Below are positions 1-9,514 of a stretch of DNA of 64,000 nucleotides, piece after piece; the first letter of the stretch is position 1, and every line of letters starts with the position of its first letter. The translations under genes and the position numbers were made by a program. The notes beneath the pieces were generated by a model that was not told where the DNA came from, did no database searches, and saw nothing but the letters and a program-made list of their open reading frames with translations. The stretch comes from Thermodesulfobacteriota bacterium (GTDB lineage: Bacteria > Desulfobacterota_D > UBA1144 > Nemesobacterales > UBA2774), in NCBI GenBank assembly GCA_041753155.1, contig JBGSVA010000028.1, forward strand, positions 11,960 through 75,959. Direction: 5' to 3'.

Positions 1-1668
1 GGCTGACGGCCCTATCTGACCGAGCGCCCATGCGGCTTCAGCGCGGACGGTCTCGTCAGGGTCTTTGAGGAGAGGAGCGATCTCCGGCACCTGAGCGTCG
101 GCGCCGGGGCCGATCTCTCCCAGGGCTTCGAGCGCCGCCGACCTTATGGCCGGGTTTCGGTCCTTCAGGATCGCCGCCACGGCGGGAGCCATGGGCCTCC
201 CCTTTTCCCCTCGCTCTCTGAAAAGAAATATCGCCGTACCGCGGAACTTAATTTGCTTCTTCTCAAGTAATCCCACGATCTCCTCTGACTGGGATTCCGT
301 GAATTCACCTATCGAGGCGAGCGCCAGCGCTGCGTTGGCTCTTATTATTTTATATGGGCTATCGAGTAATCCGATTAACGTGTCCGTAATCTCCGACCCG
401 CCTCCGGCCATCTCTCTTGAAACGAAGATCGCGTGATACCTGACCGTCTCATTTGTGCTTTTCACCTGCTTCAGGATTTGCGGGGCATAAGTTTTTCCGG
501 CATCCCCCATTTCGCTCAGGGTGTTCATCGCCGCTACGCGCACCTCGGGGTAGGGATCGTTGAGGAGCTTGGCTACCTGAGGGACTTTGTCCTTTGCGTT
601 CGTCCCCAGCTCGCCGAGCGCGGCGAGTGCTCCGAGCCTCGCATTGGAGTCGATGTCTTTAAGCAAATACACGACAGCGTCTATGGTGCCGCTCTGCCCT
701 ACCGCCGTCTTGCCTATCGTCGCCGCGGCCTGGTCCCTGACCCTGGTGTTTTTATCTTTCAACAGCTCTACGACGACGAGCCTCGAATCCTCCGGTATGT
801 CGCCTATGCTGCCGAGCGCCTTCAAAGCGCTGGTTCTAACGTATACGTTCTTTCTCTTAAGTAGACCTGTGAGCTCGTCTGCGTAATCCGCAGATGCTTT
901 CCCGAACGCCCCCAGGGCGGCAGCCGCTCTCTTGACGACATCCACGCCCTCATCATTAAGGAGTTTCGCGATACCGGCGCTCTCGGCGGCTCCCGCGGGT
1001 CCAAGGTGCCCGAGTACCTCCAGTGCCCCGGACCTCGCAGACGGGTTTTTGTCACTCAGCAGTTTCACTATTGCGGGTATCTGCCGTTTGGCGGCTTCCG
1101 GGTTTTTCGAAAGCAGCTCGACTGCGGCCATACTCACCTTGCTGCTGCTATCGCTTAGGAGCGGCACTACCGCCTGTACCTGCACAGGGCTGAGACCGCC
1201 TATGCTCACGAGCGCCTGGAGCGCAGTGTAGCGGATGTTGGGGTCTTCATCGGTCATGCTTTTCATGATTACGGGGATCAGGTCCCGCGCTGACTCTCCC
1301 ATCCCGCCCGCAGCCGTCAAAGCGGCCCTCCGTATTTGCGGGTTCTCGTCCTTGAGGAGCTGCGGGAGTTCCGGCATATCGCTCCTTTTCTTCGACTTTG
1401 CAAGCTCGTTTATCGCTTCTATCCTGACCTTGGGATCCGGGTCCTTCAGGGCCGTGCTGAGCCCCTCAAGCTGCCATGGTTCGAAAACGACAGTAGTTAC
1501 GATCTCGATCGCGGGCATTTTCTCGGATGCATAACCTGAAGGCGTGAAAAGGCATGCCGCTGCGATCGATATAGCGAGCAGTATTATGCGGGCGGGCCGC
1601 GGTCGGGGGGTATCCGAAGTATCCGCGCTTCGCTTTTCTGTGTGACTGCAACTGTATGGCAAGCTCAT
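1..1668 (-). CDS. HEAT-repeat (PBS-lyase HEAT-like) lipoprotein, partial: the C-terminal part runs off the window start
   Basis: Reverse-strand translation is open from an ATG at 1668..1666 down to position 1 and beyond, so it is absent from the ORF track (no stop in the window). N-terminus is MSLPYSCSH...RIILLAISIAAAC (signal peptide plus lipobox Cys). This is followed by more than 12 HEAT-like units with the motif LLKDxDxxVRxxAxxALGxIG, for example LKDPDETVRAEAAWALGQIGP and LLKDRNPAIRSAALEALGEIGP. An internal alternative start MPAIEI also exists. Confidence 0.8.
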   Translation of the reverse strand, partial: MSLPYSCSHTEKRSADTSDTPRPRPARIILLAISIAAACLFTPSGYASEKMPAIEIVTTVVFEPWQLEGLSTALKDPDPKVRIEAINELAKSKKRSDMPELPQLLKDENPQIRRAALTAAGGMGESARDLIPVIMKSMTDEDPNIRYTALQALVSIGGLSPVQVQAVVPLLSDSSSKVSMAAVELLSKNPEAAKRQIPAIVKLLSDKNPSARSGALEVLGHLGPAGAAESAGIAKLLNDEGVDVVKRAAAALGAFGKASADYADELTGLLKRKNVYVRTSALKALGSIGDIPEDSRLVVVELLKDKNTRVRDQAAATIGKTAVGQSGTIDAVVYLLKDIDSNARLGALAALGELGTNAKDKVPQVAKLLNDPYPEVRVAAMNTLSEMGDAGKTYAPQILKQVKSTNETVRYHAIFVSREMAGGGSEITDTLIGLLDSPYKIIRANAALALASIGEFTESQSEEIVGLLEKKQIKFRGTAIFLFRERGEKGRPMAPAVAAILKDRNPAIRSAALEALGEIGPGADAQVPEIAPLLKDPDETVRAEAAWALGQIGPSA

Positions 1669-1957
1669 TGAACATCTCCCTCGGTATGATCGTTATTTTT
1701 TTCGGGCGGGCTGCATGTTTCACTAACTATCGGGTACTGCAGGTTGTGCGGTGCAGATAAAAAGGGGTATCCCTGACGCTCCTATAGCTTCTATCGAGAT
1801 TGCTGACTTCTAAAATAGTATCCTATGTCTTCCTGCAGTCAATGATTATTCGCCGGGCTCGATAATCGAATGACCGTTTATACGGCTTTCTAAATCGAGT
1901 ATTATTTCTTCGCAGGGGGAGAATCAGGGGGCAAAGCTAGAGAGAGGAGTGATAAAG

Positions 1958-2389
1958 ATGTCCTACGAAAGGGATGATCGGGATTTACTGACGATGTTCA
2001 AAGACGGTTTAAACAAGGGCCTCAGGGTGATTAATGTAAGATCGAAAGAGGCATACGACACGCTTAAGATCAAGAATACGATCAGGCAGCTCGAGCGCAG
2101 GAGGAGGGACGCGGTCTACGATATGGGCGCTTCGGTCTACAGGACCTTCAAGCACACTGGGAAGGTCGTCGAGGATACAGTGGCCGCCAGGTGTGCGGAT
2201 ATAGATAGAATAGAATCCGAGATCGAGGGGTGGCGGGAGGATTTGAATCTCATCCATCTGAACGCCCGGAAGGCCCTCGGGAGCGTCAAGGCCCTCGCCA
2301 AGCCCAGGGTTGCCGCGTTCTGCGACTGCGGGGCCGAGATAGAGGAGGGGGCCAGGTACTGCGGTCAATGCTACAAGGAACTCAATTGA
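1958..2389 (+). CDS. Small zinc-ribbon protein (C-terminal CxC...CxxC)
   Basis: ATG at 1958 is preceded by the RBS AGAGAGGAG; the track ORF 1949 begins at an in-frame GTG. C-terminus is CDCGAEIEEGARYCGQC. The gene is divergent from the HEAT gene. Confidence 0.6.
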   Translation: MSYERDDRDLLTMFKDGLNKGLRVINVRSKEAYDTLKIKNTIRQLERRRRDAVYDMGASVYRTFKHTGKVVEDTVAARCADIDRIESEIEGWREDLNLIHLNARKALGSVKALAKPRVAAFCDCGAEIEEGARYCGQCYKELN

Positions 2390-2872
2390 CACGCCGGGGG
2401 TGCGCGTCTTATCTCTATACATCGCGGATTGGACCTGGCCTCCGGGTACACGTGAGGCAGGGATATAACCCATCTGCCGCGGAGGTTTTTTAGTTCGTCT
2501 TTACTGTCTAAGACGCAAACATTATTGAAATTATATTGACATTAAACCGATTACGATATAGAGTTTGAAAAGATGGGGTCATAAATTTCCATGACCGAAA
2601 AGGCAAACCATTCGAAAGGGTGGGACGCAAAGCCACGGGCCTGAATGCTCCGGACATGAGCATGATGGCGGCTGGGCCGCCGAAGTCGGGACATGCCTTA
2701 GTTCTTGCTCCTTAATTTGTACGTCTAACTTCCGGCTTAACCTGCTTATACGGCGCGGCGTAGTCCGTAAATCCTCACCGGGAATGTTTGCCGATATCCC
2801 GAAAACGGTTTTATGTCCGGCTCGTAATTCAGGACGCGCCGTTTCCGGGTGGTCGTAAGAGGATAAAGGGAT

Positions 2873-5800
2873 ATGTCGGGCGTAATTGTTTCCGGGTCAG
2901 GAAGGGTAAGGGTATCGGCGCGGCTCATAGGCAATGACTGCGAATTCTCCTGCGTCGTGCTGGACGGTGCGAAGGGGAGCGTCGGAATCCCGCGCGCAAT
3001 CCTCGACCAGCTCCGCGACTGTCTCCTCCGAACGGGCATCCGGGTAGACCTCCTCTCCGATTACACATTTTTAAACGGACATTACATCGAGCGGTTCGAA
3101 GAGCTTGCCGGGGAATGCGTGCTCGGTGTGCTGATACTGGACGGGCTCGGGCCCGAAGAGCTGTACGAGCTCGGGTATCTGAGGGGCCGTGGAAAATTCA
3201 TACTCACGTTCGGGAATAAAAATACCGCGGACGCAGACGGGACTGCTACAAACCTGAGCGGTGCCGCCGGAGAAAAGTCTACCGGCTTCGCTGCATATTC
3301 CGGGAAAGCGCAGGATCACGACGATGCGCGCTATTACTGTGACAAATTCATCAGCCGTCATATGTCTGACATCGCCGTCGCCGGGCCGGGAGAAGAAGCT
3401 GGTTCGGGCGGTGGGCCGGAAACGAGAATCGTGAACGATCTGAGCCGTGCGCTCCCGGGCGTTATCGACAGGTACGTATCGGATTCGCTCGGGGATGCCG
3501 GAAGCGGAGCGGAGGCGGAGAGCCTGCGCGGTAAGGCGCTCAGGATATCCGGGTACTTCGCGTCGAGGAGCGGATTCGGAATGTCCGATCTCGACGAGAT
3601 CTACGAAGGGCTTGTATCATGGGAATCCCGGACGGGGCGGAGCGCCCCTTCGCGCGTGCTCCGCTGTCTCGCTTCACTATACGCGGGTCTCGACTCTACC
3701 GGGACGGACGAGGACGCCGGGCGCAGGTGCGGGATGAAACTCGTCTCCATATACGAAAAGATAATCGAGGTGGAAAAACCGGGGCTTCTCGCAGGAGTCA
3801 CCGCAAAGAGGCTCGCCGACCTGCTCGTCACCCGTTCGTTCGCGGAAGATGCGGCCGGAGATATTGAGCGAGCGGCCGGGTTATACAAAGAAATCCTGGG
3901 TTTTTTTACGAAGGACAAATACCCCCGCGAGTCCGCGTCCGTCCGCAATAACCTCGGAGCCGCGTTAAACGCGCTTTGCCTCAAGACCGGAGAGCCCGAT
4001 TACGCGAGGCAGGCGGTGGAATTCATCGCGGAGTCCCTGTCGTCTGAAATATTCAAAAATTCCCCTTCCGACCGTGCGCTCTCATACCGGAACCTCGGCT
4101 CCGCATACGCGAGCCTCGCCATTCACGAAAACCCCCGCGAGAACTATCTGAAGGCCGCCGAAGCGCTCGGCCTCGCGCTCGGCATTTACAAATCATGCGA
4201 ACGGCAGGACGATATAGCCGAGACGTGCGGAGCCCTCGGGGACGTATATACGCGGCTTGCCGGGGAGAGCGGCGAGACGCCCTGTTATATGCAGGCATTG
4301 GGCTCTTACGAGGAAGCCCTTCGCATATATACGGCCGATGATTTCCCAGGCGAATACGCGGACATAATGACGAGGCTCGGCGACGCGCACGTCTCGCTCG
4401 CGCTAAAGCAGAGCAGCCCCCATGACTACGAGGAAGCCCTCAAGGCGTACGGGGAATCGCTCGGCGTTTATACCCGCCAAGGGGCGGCCGCCGAGGCCGA
4501 CGCGCTCAACGTCAGGATAGGCCGTGTCTACAAGGCTCTCGGCGACAGGGAGGCCGATTCGAATAACCCGGACAAGGCGATCGAATATTATGACGAGGCA
4601 TTACTTTATTACCCTGAAGAAACGGCCCGCGGGGAGCACGCCGCCTCCGGCAGGAAGCTCGGCGAGGCGTTTGAAAGGCTGTATAGAGAGAGCGGGGACG
4701 AAACGCATATAAGGAAGGCCATAGCCGCGTATTCGGAGGCGCTCTACGCCTCAGGCGCCGCCGGCGATCCCGGCACCCGTGATATCGAGCTCGCGCTGCG
4801 GGCCCTGTATACGGGGCTTGCGGATTATCTGGAAAGGTCGGGCGATCACGAGGGAGCGGCCGAATGCTGCAAGGGGCTTCTCGGTCTCTTAGACCCCCTC
4901 GATAACCCGATGGAATACGCGGAAGCCCAGAGGAGGCTGGGCGGTTTCCTTGCCGGCATACCGAAGCAGTACGAAAGGGCGCTTAATATCGAGCTCGCAA
5001 TAGATTCGTATAAGGAGGCGCTCGGCTTCTACGTGGAGGAATCCCATGCGGATGTGAGGAATGAGCTCCGCGGCCTCGTCGGAGGGCTGTTGACGGAGCT
5101 CGCCGGTTACGAGTCGCGGGACTTGAATAAGAGGATAGGTCTTTATCAGGAAGCGCTTGAGTATTATCCGTCAGGCCCCTGCCCGTACGAGCACGCCCTT
5201 ATGCAGAAGGCGCTCGGCGGGGCGCATTCCGAATTGAGCTTTGCGGAAGAGCCTTTTGAGAACGCATGCAAGGCTGTGGATTACTATAATAAGGCGCTCG
5301 AGTATCCGAGCCTCCGGGAGCACCGCCGGGAATTCGCTTCGGCGCAATATGATCTGGGTGCGCTCTATGCGCGTCTTTACGATATTTCAGGCGACAGGGA
5401 GTTCCTCGGCCGCTCGGTCTCAGCCTACGAGAAGGCGGCCGCGGTTTACACGCCTGAAGAATCGCCTGATGAATACGAGGCATCCGTGAAAGGGCTCGAA
5501 GGGGTGCGGGGTTTGATCTCGGAGACGGAAAGGGCCCTGGCCTCCGGTGACGAGTCCCCGGCCGTGGACGGTCCGGAGGAAGGCGAAAAACCGAAAGAGA
5601 GGACCGTGCTCAAGCTCGTCACAGAGGACGCGCATGAAAGGGAGGAAGGGCCTCCTCCAGGGGCTGGAGATGAGGATAACGAGATAATAACGCTCGCCCG
5701 CGAAATCGAATTCGATGACCCGGCGGAGGCGGCGGAGTATTTCGAGGAGAGTCTCAGGCGCATCTCGAAAGAGGAATTTCCCGCCGAGTACGCCTCTCTT

Positions 5801-7414
5801 AAGCTCGGCCTTGGCAGGGCGTACGGGGAGCTCGGGGAGACTACCGGGGGCGCGAATGACTTCAGAAAAGCGCTCAAGGCATACGAGGACTCCCTCGCGT
5901 TCTACACCCGGGAGAATTTCCCACTCGAGTTCGCCGAGGCCGTAAGCGGCTCAGCATCCTCGTGGATGCGGCTCGCTGACCAAACGGGGGACATCAAGGG
6001 CTACGAGCGCGCCGTCGCCTCATACAACGAGGCGCTCTGCGTCGTCACCAGGGAGTCAGCTCCGCTCGAGTGGGGAGGGATAAAGGAAAATCTCGGGAAC
6101 ATATACCGCACACTCGCCCAGATGAAGGGGGAAGCCGGAGAATACAGGAAGGCTGTCGCGGAATATAATGAAGCGCTCGAAGTCTTCGGCACCGGGGAGC
6201 ACCAGTCCGAGTACGGGAGGATTCAAAAACATATCGGCTTCGTATACGACGTTCTTGCGGGGGTGGAAGACCGCACGGAGGATTACACCCGGGCGCTCGA
6301 CGCGTTGACCAAGGCGCTCTCGGCTTACGGACTGGAGGACGCGCCCGCGGAATACGCGGAGATACATAAGTACATGGGCATCGCGTATGGCAGCATCGCG
6401 AGGAAGGACGGCGTGCCGGAATATTACGGGAAGGCGATAGACGCCTACGCGAAAGCGCTCTCGGTCATTACGTTCGAGACCTCCCCCAAGGATTACGGGC
6501 TCATAAAGAGGAACACGGCTTCCGCAATCGACAGCCTCTCCAAATTTTCGGACGCCGCCCAGGACATGAGATCCGCGGCTCAGTCCTACGAAGAAGCGCT
6601 CGGATACTATACGTGCGAGCGCATGCCCGCCGAATACGCGTCCATATTGAGCGGTCTCGGCACCCTGTACCAGCGCCTCGCCGAGAAGGAGGACGCCTCA
6701 GGGAGCTGCAGGAATGCCGTCAAGTGCTACGAGCGGCTGCTCAAGGTCTATAACTTAAAGGAATACCCGCTCGAATACGCCGCCACCGAGAACAACCTCG
6801 GGATCATCTACAGGACCCTCGCCGAGCAGGAGGAGAAGGGTAAGAACTGCAAGAGGGCGGTGAACGCGTACATGGAGGCGCTCAGGGTATATAACGATAA
6901 GGAGCACCCGGTACAGTACGGCTCGACGAAGAACAACCTCGGCACCGCTTACATGACCCTTGCCGACGTCGAGGATAAGGAGATCAACTGCAGGATGGCG
7001 CGGAGCGCGTTCGAGGAGGCGCTCAAGGTGAGGACTATTCAGAACTATCCGATGCAGTTCGCTGCGACCCAGAACAACCTGGGCGTCGTCTACAGGATGC
7101 TTTCCGAGGTCGAGGACAGGGCGAAGAATTGCAAGAGGGCGGTAAACGCATACGAGACCGCGCTCATAATTTATACGATCGACAGGTTCCCGATACAGTA
7201 CGCGACCACGCAGAACAACATCGGCGGGGCCTATACCACGCTCGCGGAGGAGGAAGACAGGTCGAGGAACTGCGACAGGGCGTCCGAGGCGTATCAGGAA
7301 GCGCTCAAGGTGTTTACGAAAAATTCCTACCCGTCCCAGCACGAGATCGTAAAAGCCAATCTGGAGCTCCTCTGCGAATTCAGCGGGCAGAGGGCTTCGA
7401 CGGCTGCTCCGTAA
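2873..7414 (+). CDS. Giant TPR-repeat protein (1513 aa) with an N-terminal alpha/beta (flavodoxin/TIR-like?) domain of unknown function; no P-loop NTPase seen
   Basis: Single 4.5-kb ORF with the RBS AAGAGGA. More than 25 KLC/TPR_12-type 42-44-aa repeats of pattern hP.EYA....NLG.AY..LA....D......A..AYEEAL.VYT. The N-terminal roughly 115 aa alternate beta strands (CVVLDG, IRVDLL, VLGVLILDG, KFILTF) with helices. No GxxxxGK[ST] motif anywhere. Confidence 0.85.
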   Translation: MSGVIVSGSGRVRVSARLIGNDCEFSCVVLDGAKGSVGIPRAILDQLRDCLLRTGIRVDLLSDYTFLNGHYIERFEELAGECVLGVLILDGLGPEELYELGYLRGRGKFILTFGNKNTADADGTATNLSGAAGEKSTGFAAYSGKAQDHDDARYYCDKFISRHMSDIAVAGPGEEAGSGGGPETRIVNDLSRALPGVIDRYVSDSLGDAGSGAEAESLRGKALRISGYFASRSGFGMSDLDEIYEGLVSWESRTGRSAPSRVLRCLASLYAGLDSTGTDEDAGRRCGMKLVSIYEKIIEVEKPGLLAGVTAKRLADLLVTRSFAEDAAGDIERAAGLYKEILGFFTKDKYPRESASVRNNLGAALNALCLKTGEPDYARQAVEFIAESLSSEIFKNSPSDRALSYRNLGSAYASLAIHENPRENYLKAAEALGLALGIYKSCERQDDIAETCGALGDVYTRLAGESGETPCYMQALGSYEEALRIYTADDFPGEYADIMTRLGDAHVSLALKQSSPHDYEEALKAYGESLGVYTRQGAAAEADALNVRIGRVYKALGDREADSNNPDKAIEYYDEALLYYPEETARGEHAASGRKLGEAFERLYRESGDETHIRKAIAAYSEALYASGAAGDPGTRDIELALRALYTGLADYLERSGDHEGAAECCKGLLGLLDPLDNPMEYAEAQRRLGGFLAGIPKQYERALNIELAIDSYKEALGFYVEESHADVRNELRGLVGGLLTELAGYESRDLNKRIGLYQEALEYYPSGPCPYEHALMQKALGGAHSELSFAEEPFENACKAVDYYNKALEYPSLREHRREFASAQYDLGALYARLYDISGDREFLGRSVSAYEKAAAVYTPEESPDEYEASVKGLEGVRGLISETERALASGDESPAVDGPEEGEKPKERTVLKLVTEDAHEREEGPPPGAGDEDNEIITLAREIEFDDPAEAAEYFEESLRRISKEEFPAEYASLKLGLGRAYGELGETTGGANDFRKALKAYEDSLAFYTRENFPLEFAEAVSGSASSWMRLADQTGDIKGYERAVASYNEALCVVTRESAPLEWGGIKENLGNIYRTLAQMKGEAGEYRKAVAEYNEALEVFGTGEHQSEYGRIQKHIGFVYDVLAGVEDRTEDYTRALDALTKALSAYGLEDAPAEYAEIHKYMGIAYGSIARKDGVPEYYGKAIDAYAKALSVITFETSPKDYGLIKRNTASAIDSLSKFSDAAQDMRSAAQSYEEALGYYTCERMPAEYASILSGLGTLYQRLAEKEDASGSCRNAVKCYERLLKVYNLKEYPLEYAATENNLGIIYRTLAEQEEKGKNCKRAVNAYMEALRVYNDKEHPVQYGSTKNNLGTAYMTLADVEDKEINCRMARSAFEEALKVRTIQNYPMQFAATQNNLGVVYRMLSEVEDRAKNCKRAVNAYETALIIYTIDRFPIQYATTQNNIGGAYTTLAEEEDRSRNCDRASEAYQEALKVFTKNSYPSQHEIVKANLELLCEFSGQRASTAAP
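6760..7330 (+). repeat. Four near-identical tandem 132-bp (44-aa) TPR repeat units at the 3' end of the TPR gene
   Basis: The protein units NCKRAVNAYMEALRVYNDKEHPVQYGSTKNNLGTAYMTLADVED, NCRMARSAFEEALKVRTIQNYPMQFAATQNNLGVVYRMLSEVED, NCKRAVNAYETALIIYTIDRFPIQYATTQNNIGGAYTTLAEEED and their neighbours are highly similar at DNA level. Confidence 0.7.
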
Positions 7415-7482
7415 GAGCCGCTTCCGCCCGAATCCGTAAAGTCTTTTACTTTCCCCGCACGACCGAATATATTATTAAAATC

Positions 7483-8025
7483 TTGAGGACTCCGCTCTGC
7501 ATTCTACTTTTCGTGACCCTGATTCTCGCGGGCGAATGGGCATTCGCCGTGGGGAAGGAAACGCTCGTCGATATAACGGGCGTCGCCGTCGTGGTGGACG
7601 AGGTGTCGCCTGTCGCGAGGGAGGACGGGCTCAGCGAGGCCGGAATAAAGGCGGTGGTCGAGGATAAACTCACCAGGGCCAACATCATGGTGCTCGAAGA
7701 CCGCGAGTGGTACAGCGTCTTCGGCGGCTCCTACCTCCTTATCAAAATAATAGCTTCGAAGGCCGTGAGCGGGGACAGGTACGCGGTCTACATAGACATG
7801 GAGCTCTATCAGACGGTCGTGCTGATGGGGAAGAGGCTCGGGCAGAATATCAACACGGCCGCAGCCACGTGGTCGATAGGCAAGCTCCTTTCCTGCAATT
7901 CCACCGTGATAGGGGACTGTGTAGAGGGTACTGTCGCGGAGCTCACCGGCCTCTTCATCAAGGATTACGTAGAGGTAAACACGCTGAAGTGGAAGCAGGA
8001 GCAGGAGAGGCTCCAGAAGAAGTGA
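7483..8025 (+). CDS. Secreted hypothetical protein (about 180 aa), probable TTG start
   Basis: The track ORF 7129..8025 overlaps the TPR gene at its 5' end. In frame at TTG 7483 is a clean signal peptide, MRTPLCILLFVTLILAGEWAFA|VGKE (AFA cleavage site). There is no strong RBS, so the start is uncertain. Confidence 0.45.
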   Translation: MRTPLCILLFVTLILAGEWAFAVGKETLVDITGVAVVVDEVSPVAREDGLSEAGIKAVVEDKLTRANIMVLEDREWYSVFGGSYLLIKIIASKAVSGDRYAVYIDMELYQTVVLMGKRLGQNINTAAATWSIGKLLSCNSTVIGDCVEGTVAELTGLFIKDYVEVNTLKWKQEQERLQKK

Positions 8026-8029
8026 GCGA

Positions 8030-9298
8030 CTACTTCCCGCCAAGGCGTTTGGCGATTTCTAAGCCTAGATTCATTTCCTTCACCTCATATTCACTGCTAG
8101 TATCCATATCTCTCACCTTCACGACGCCCCGTCCGAGCTCGTCTTCACCTATTATTAATGTCAACTTAGCCCCCAATTTGTCGGCGCGCTTGAACTGACT
8201 TTTCAGGCTCTTTCCGCCGTATTCCATCTCTATTAAATCTCCTTCTTTTCTGAGCATATACGCTATGATAAATGCCTTTTTCTGTGCTTTTTCTCCCAGG
8301 CATGCTAAGAAAACTAAATCTTTTCTTTTGAACTTTCTGTGGAGAGCTTTTTGACGCAAAAGAACGAGTCTTTCAATTCCAATAGCGAAGCCGACTGCTG
8401 GAGTTGGGGGCCCTCCAAGCTCCTTTACGAGCCCATCGTACCTGCCCCCGGCGGCCACGGCGTTCTGCGATCCCAGTTCCCCGGTCGTTATTTCGAACAC
8501 TGTCCGCGTATAATAGTCGAGTCCTCTAACTATTTTCGTGTTTGTCTTATAAGGGACTTGTATGTCATCGAGATATTCTTTGACTCTCTCGAAATGTTCA
8601 TGGCATTCCAGGCAGAGGTTGTCTATCATTTTGGGCGCCCCCTCAGCTATCTTCTTGCAATGTTGTTCCTTACAGTCGAGAATTCTGAGAGGGTTTGTTA
8701 CAAGCCTCCTTTGACAATCCACACATAATTCGTTCTTCAGAGGTGTGAAATATTCTATGAGTTTTTGCTTGAATTGAGGCCTGCAATTTTGGTCCCCAAG
8801 TGAGTTTAATTCGAGTGTGAGATGATTGGTGAGTTCTAACTCTTCTATTAACCTCCAAAGCATAGATATTAATTCAGCATCCGAGGAAGGTTCACCAGAC
8901 CCGAACAGCTCGGCCCCTATCTGGTAAAACCCCCTGAAGCGCCCCTTCTGAGGCCTTTCGTGCCTGAACATCATGCCCGTGTAGTAGAGCTTCGTGACCG
9001 GGGATTTGATCCACATCGAGTTCTCGATGTACGCCCTGACCACCCCAGCCGTGCCTTCGGGGCGCAGCGTGAGCGACGAGCCGTCCCTGTCGGTAAACGT
9101 GTACATCTCCTTCTCGACTATGTCGGTCGTCGTGCCGAGGCTCCGGGCGAATAGCTCGGTGAATTCTAAGACCGGTATCCTTATTTCGGAAAAACCGTAT
9201 GGTTTAAATACTTTTTTTGCTTTTATCTCTATATAATGCCACTTCTTGATTTCCTCCGGCAGTACGTCGTGGAACCCTCTTATCGATCTCGTTTCCAT
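8030..9298 (-). CDS. hisS: Histidine--tRNA ligase
   Basis: Class II aaRS motifs are present: RGFHDVLP, LRPEGTAGVVRAY, FRHERPQKGRFRGFYQ, GGRYDGL, and a C-terminal anticodon-binding domain. ATG at 9298 (METRSIRGFHD) is preceded by GGGAG; the track ORF extends to an upstream in-frame codon. Confidence 0.9.
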   Translation of the reverse strand: METRSIRGFHDVLPEEIKKWHYIEIKAKKVFKPYGFSEIRIPVLEFTELFARSLGTTTDIVEKEMYTFTDRDGSSLTLRPEGTAGVVRAYIENSMWIKSPVTKLYYTGMMFRHERPQKGRFRGFYQIGAELFGSGEPSSDAELISMLWRLIEELELTNHLTLELNSLGDQNCRPQFKQKLIEYFTPLKNELCVDCQRRLVTNPLRILDCKEQHCKKIAEGAPKMIDNLCLECHEHFERVKEYLDDIQVPYKTNTKIVRGLDYYTRTVFEITTGELGSQNAVAAGGRYDGLVKELGGPPTPAVGFAIGIERLVLLRQKALHRKFKRKDLVFLACLGEKAQKKAFIIAYMLRKEGDLIEMEYGGKSLKSQFKRADKLGAKLTLIIGEDELGRGVVKVRDMDTSSEYEVKEMNLGLEIAKRLGGK

Positions 9299-9514
9299 TG
9301 CGCTCCCTTTTGATTGACTGTATGTACCCCGCGCCGTCCGGGACGGCCTCTTTCTTACCCGAGATTGCCGCGGCCGCCGATTTATTATATCCAACGCCCG
9401 GTGCTATTTCTAATGAGCCCGGGAAACGTGAGGCGGGACCGCCCGGATTCGTCAACGCGCGAATATCACCATATAATAAATGCCGAAGCCGACTGACATC
9501 ACGCCGGATCTAAT

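Noticed and set aside
146-1539. Six + strand ORFs (146-436, 433-864, 587-886, 932-1231, 1235-1534, 1336-1539)
   Set aside because: Each overlaps the reverse-strand HEAT-repeat gene. Their translations are low-complexity and Ala/Ser/Pro/Arg-rich, typical of GC-rich shadow frames.
1944-1960. Identical 15-mer GGAGTGATAAAGATG at 1944-1960 and 40710-40726
   Set aside because: Both are simply an RBS plus a start codon. It is too short to indicate a mobile element or repeat family, so I treat it as coincidence.
2009-2473. Minus-strand 154-aa ORF overlapping the zinc-ribbon gene
   Set aside because: Gly/Pro/Leu-rich shadow frame with no RBS. The + strand gene has an RBS and a Zn-ribbon.
3071-7342. 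Numerous 60-195-aa ORFs on both strands inside 2873-7414
   Set aside because: All lie within the continuous 1513-aa TPR ORF. Their compositions (Arg/Pro/Ser-rich) are characteristic of antisense or off-frame reading of GC-rich coding DNA.
7129-7482. 5' extension of ORF 7129-8025
   Set aside because: Overlaps the TPR gene in another frame and has an Arg/Gly-rich, non-proteinlike sequence. A signal peptide begins at TTG 7483.
7504-8043. Minus-strand 179-aa ORF
   Set aside because: Antisense to the secreted-protein gene, with proline- and arginine-rich shadow translation.
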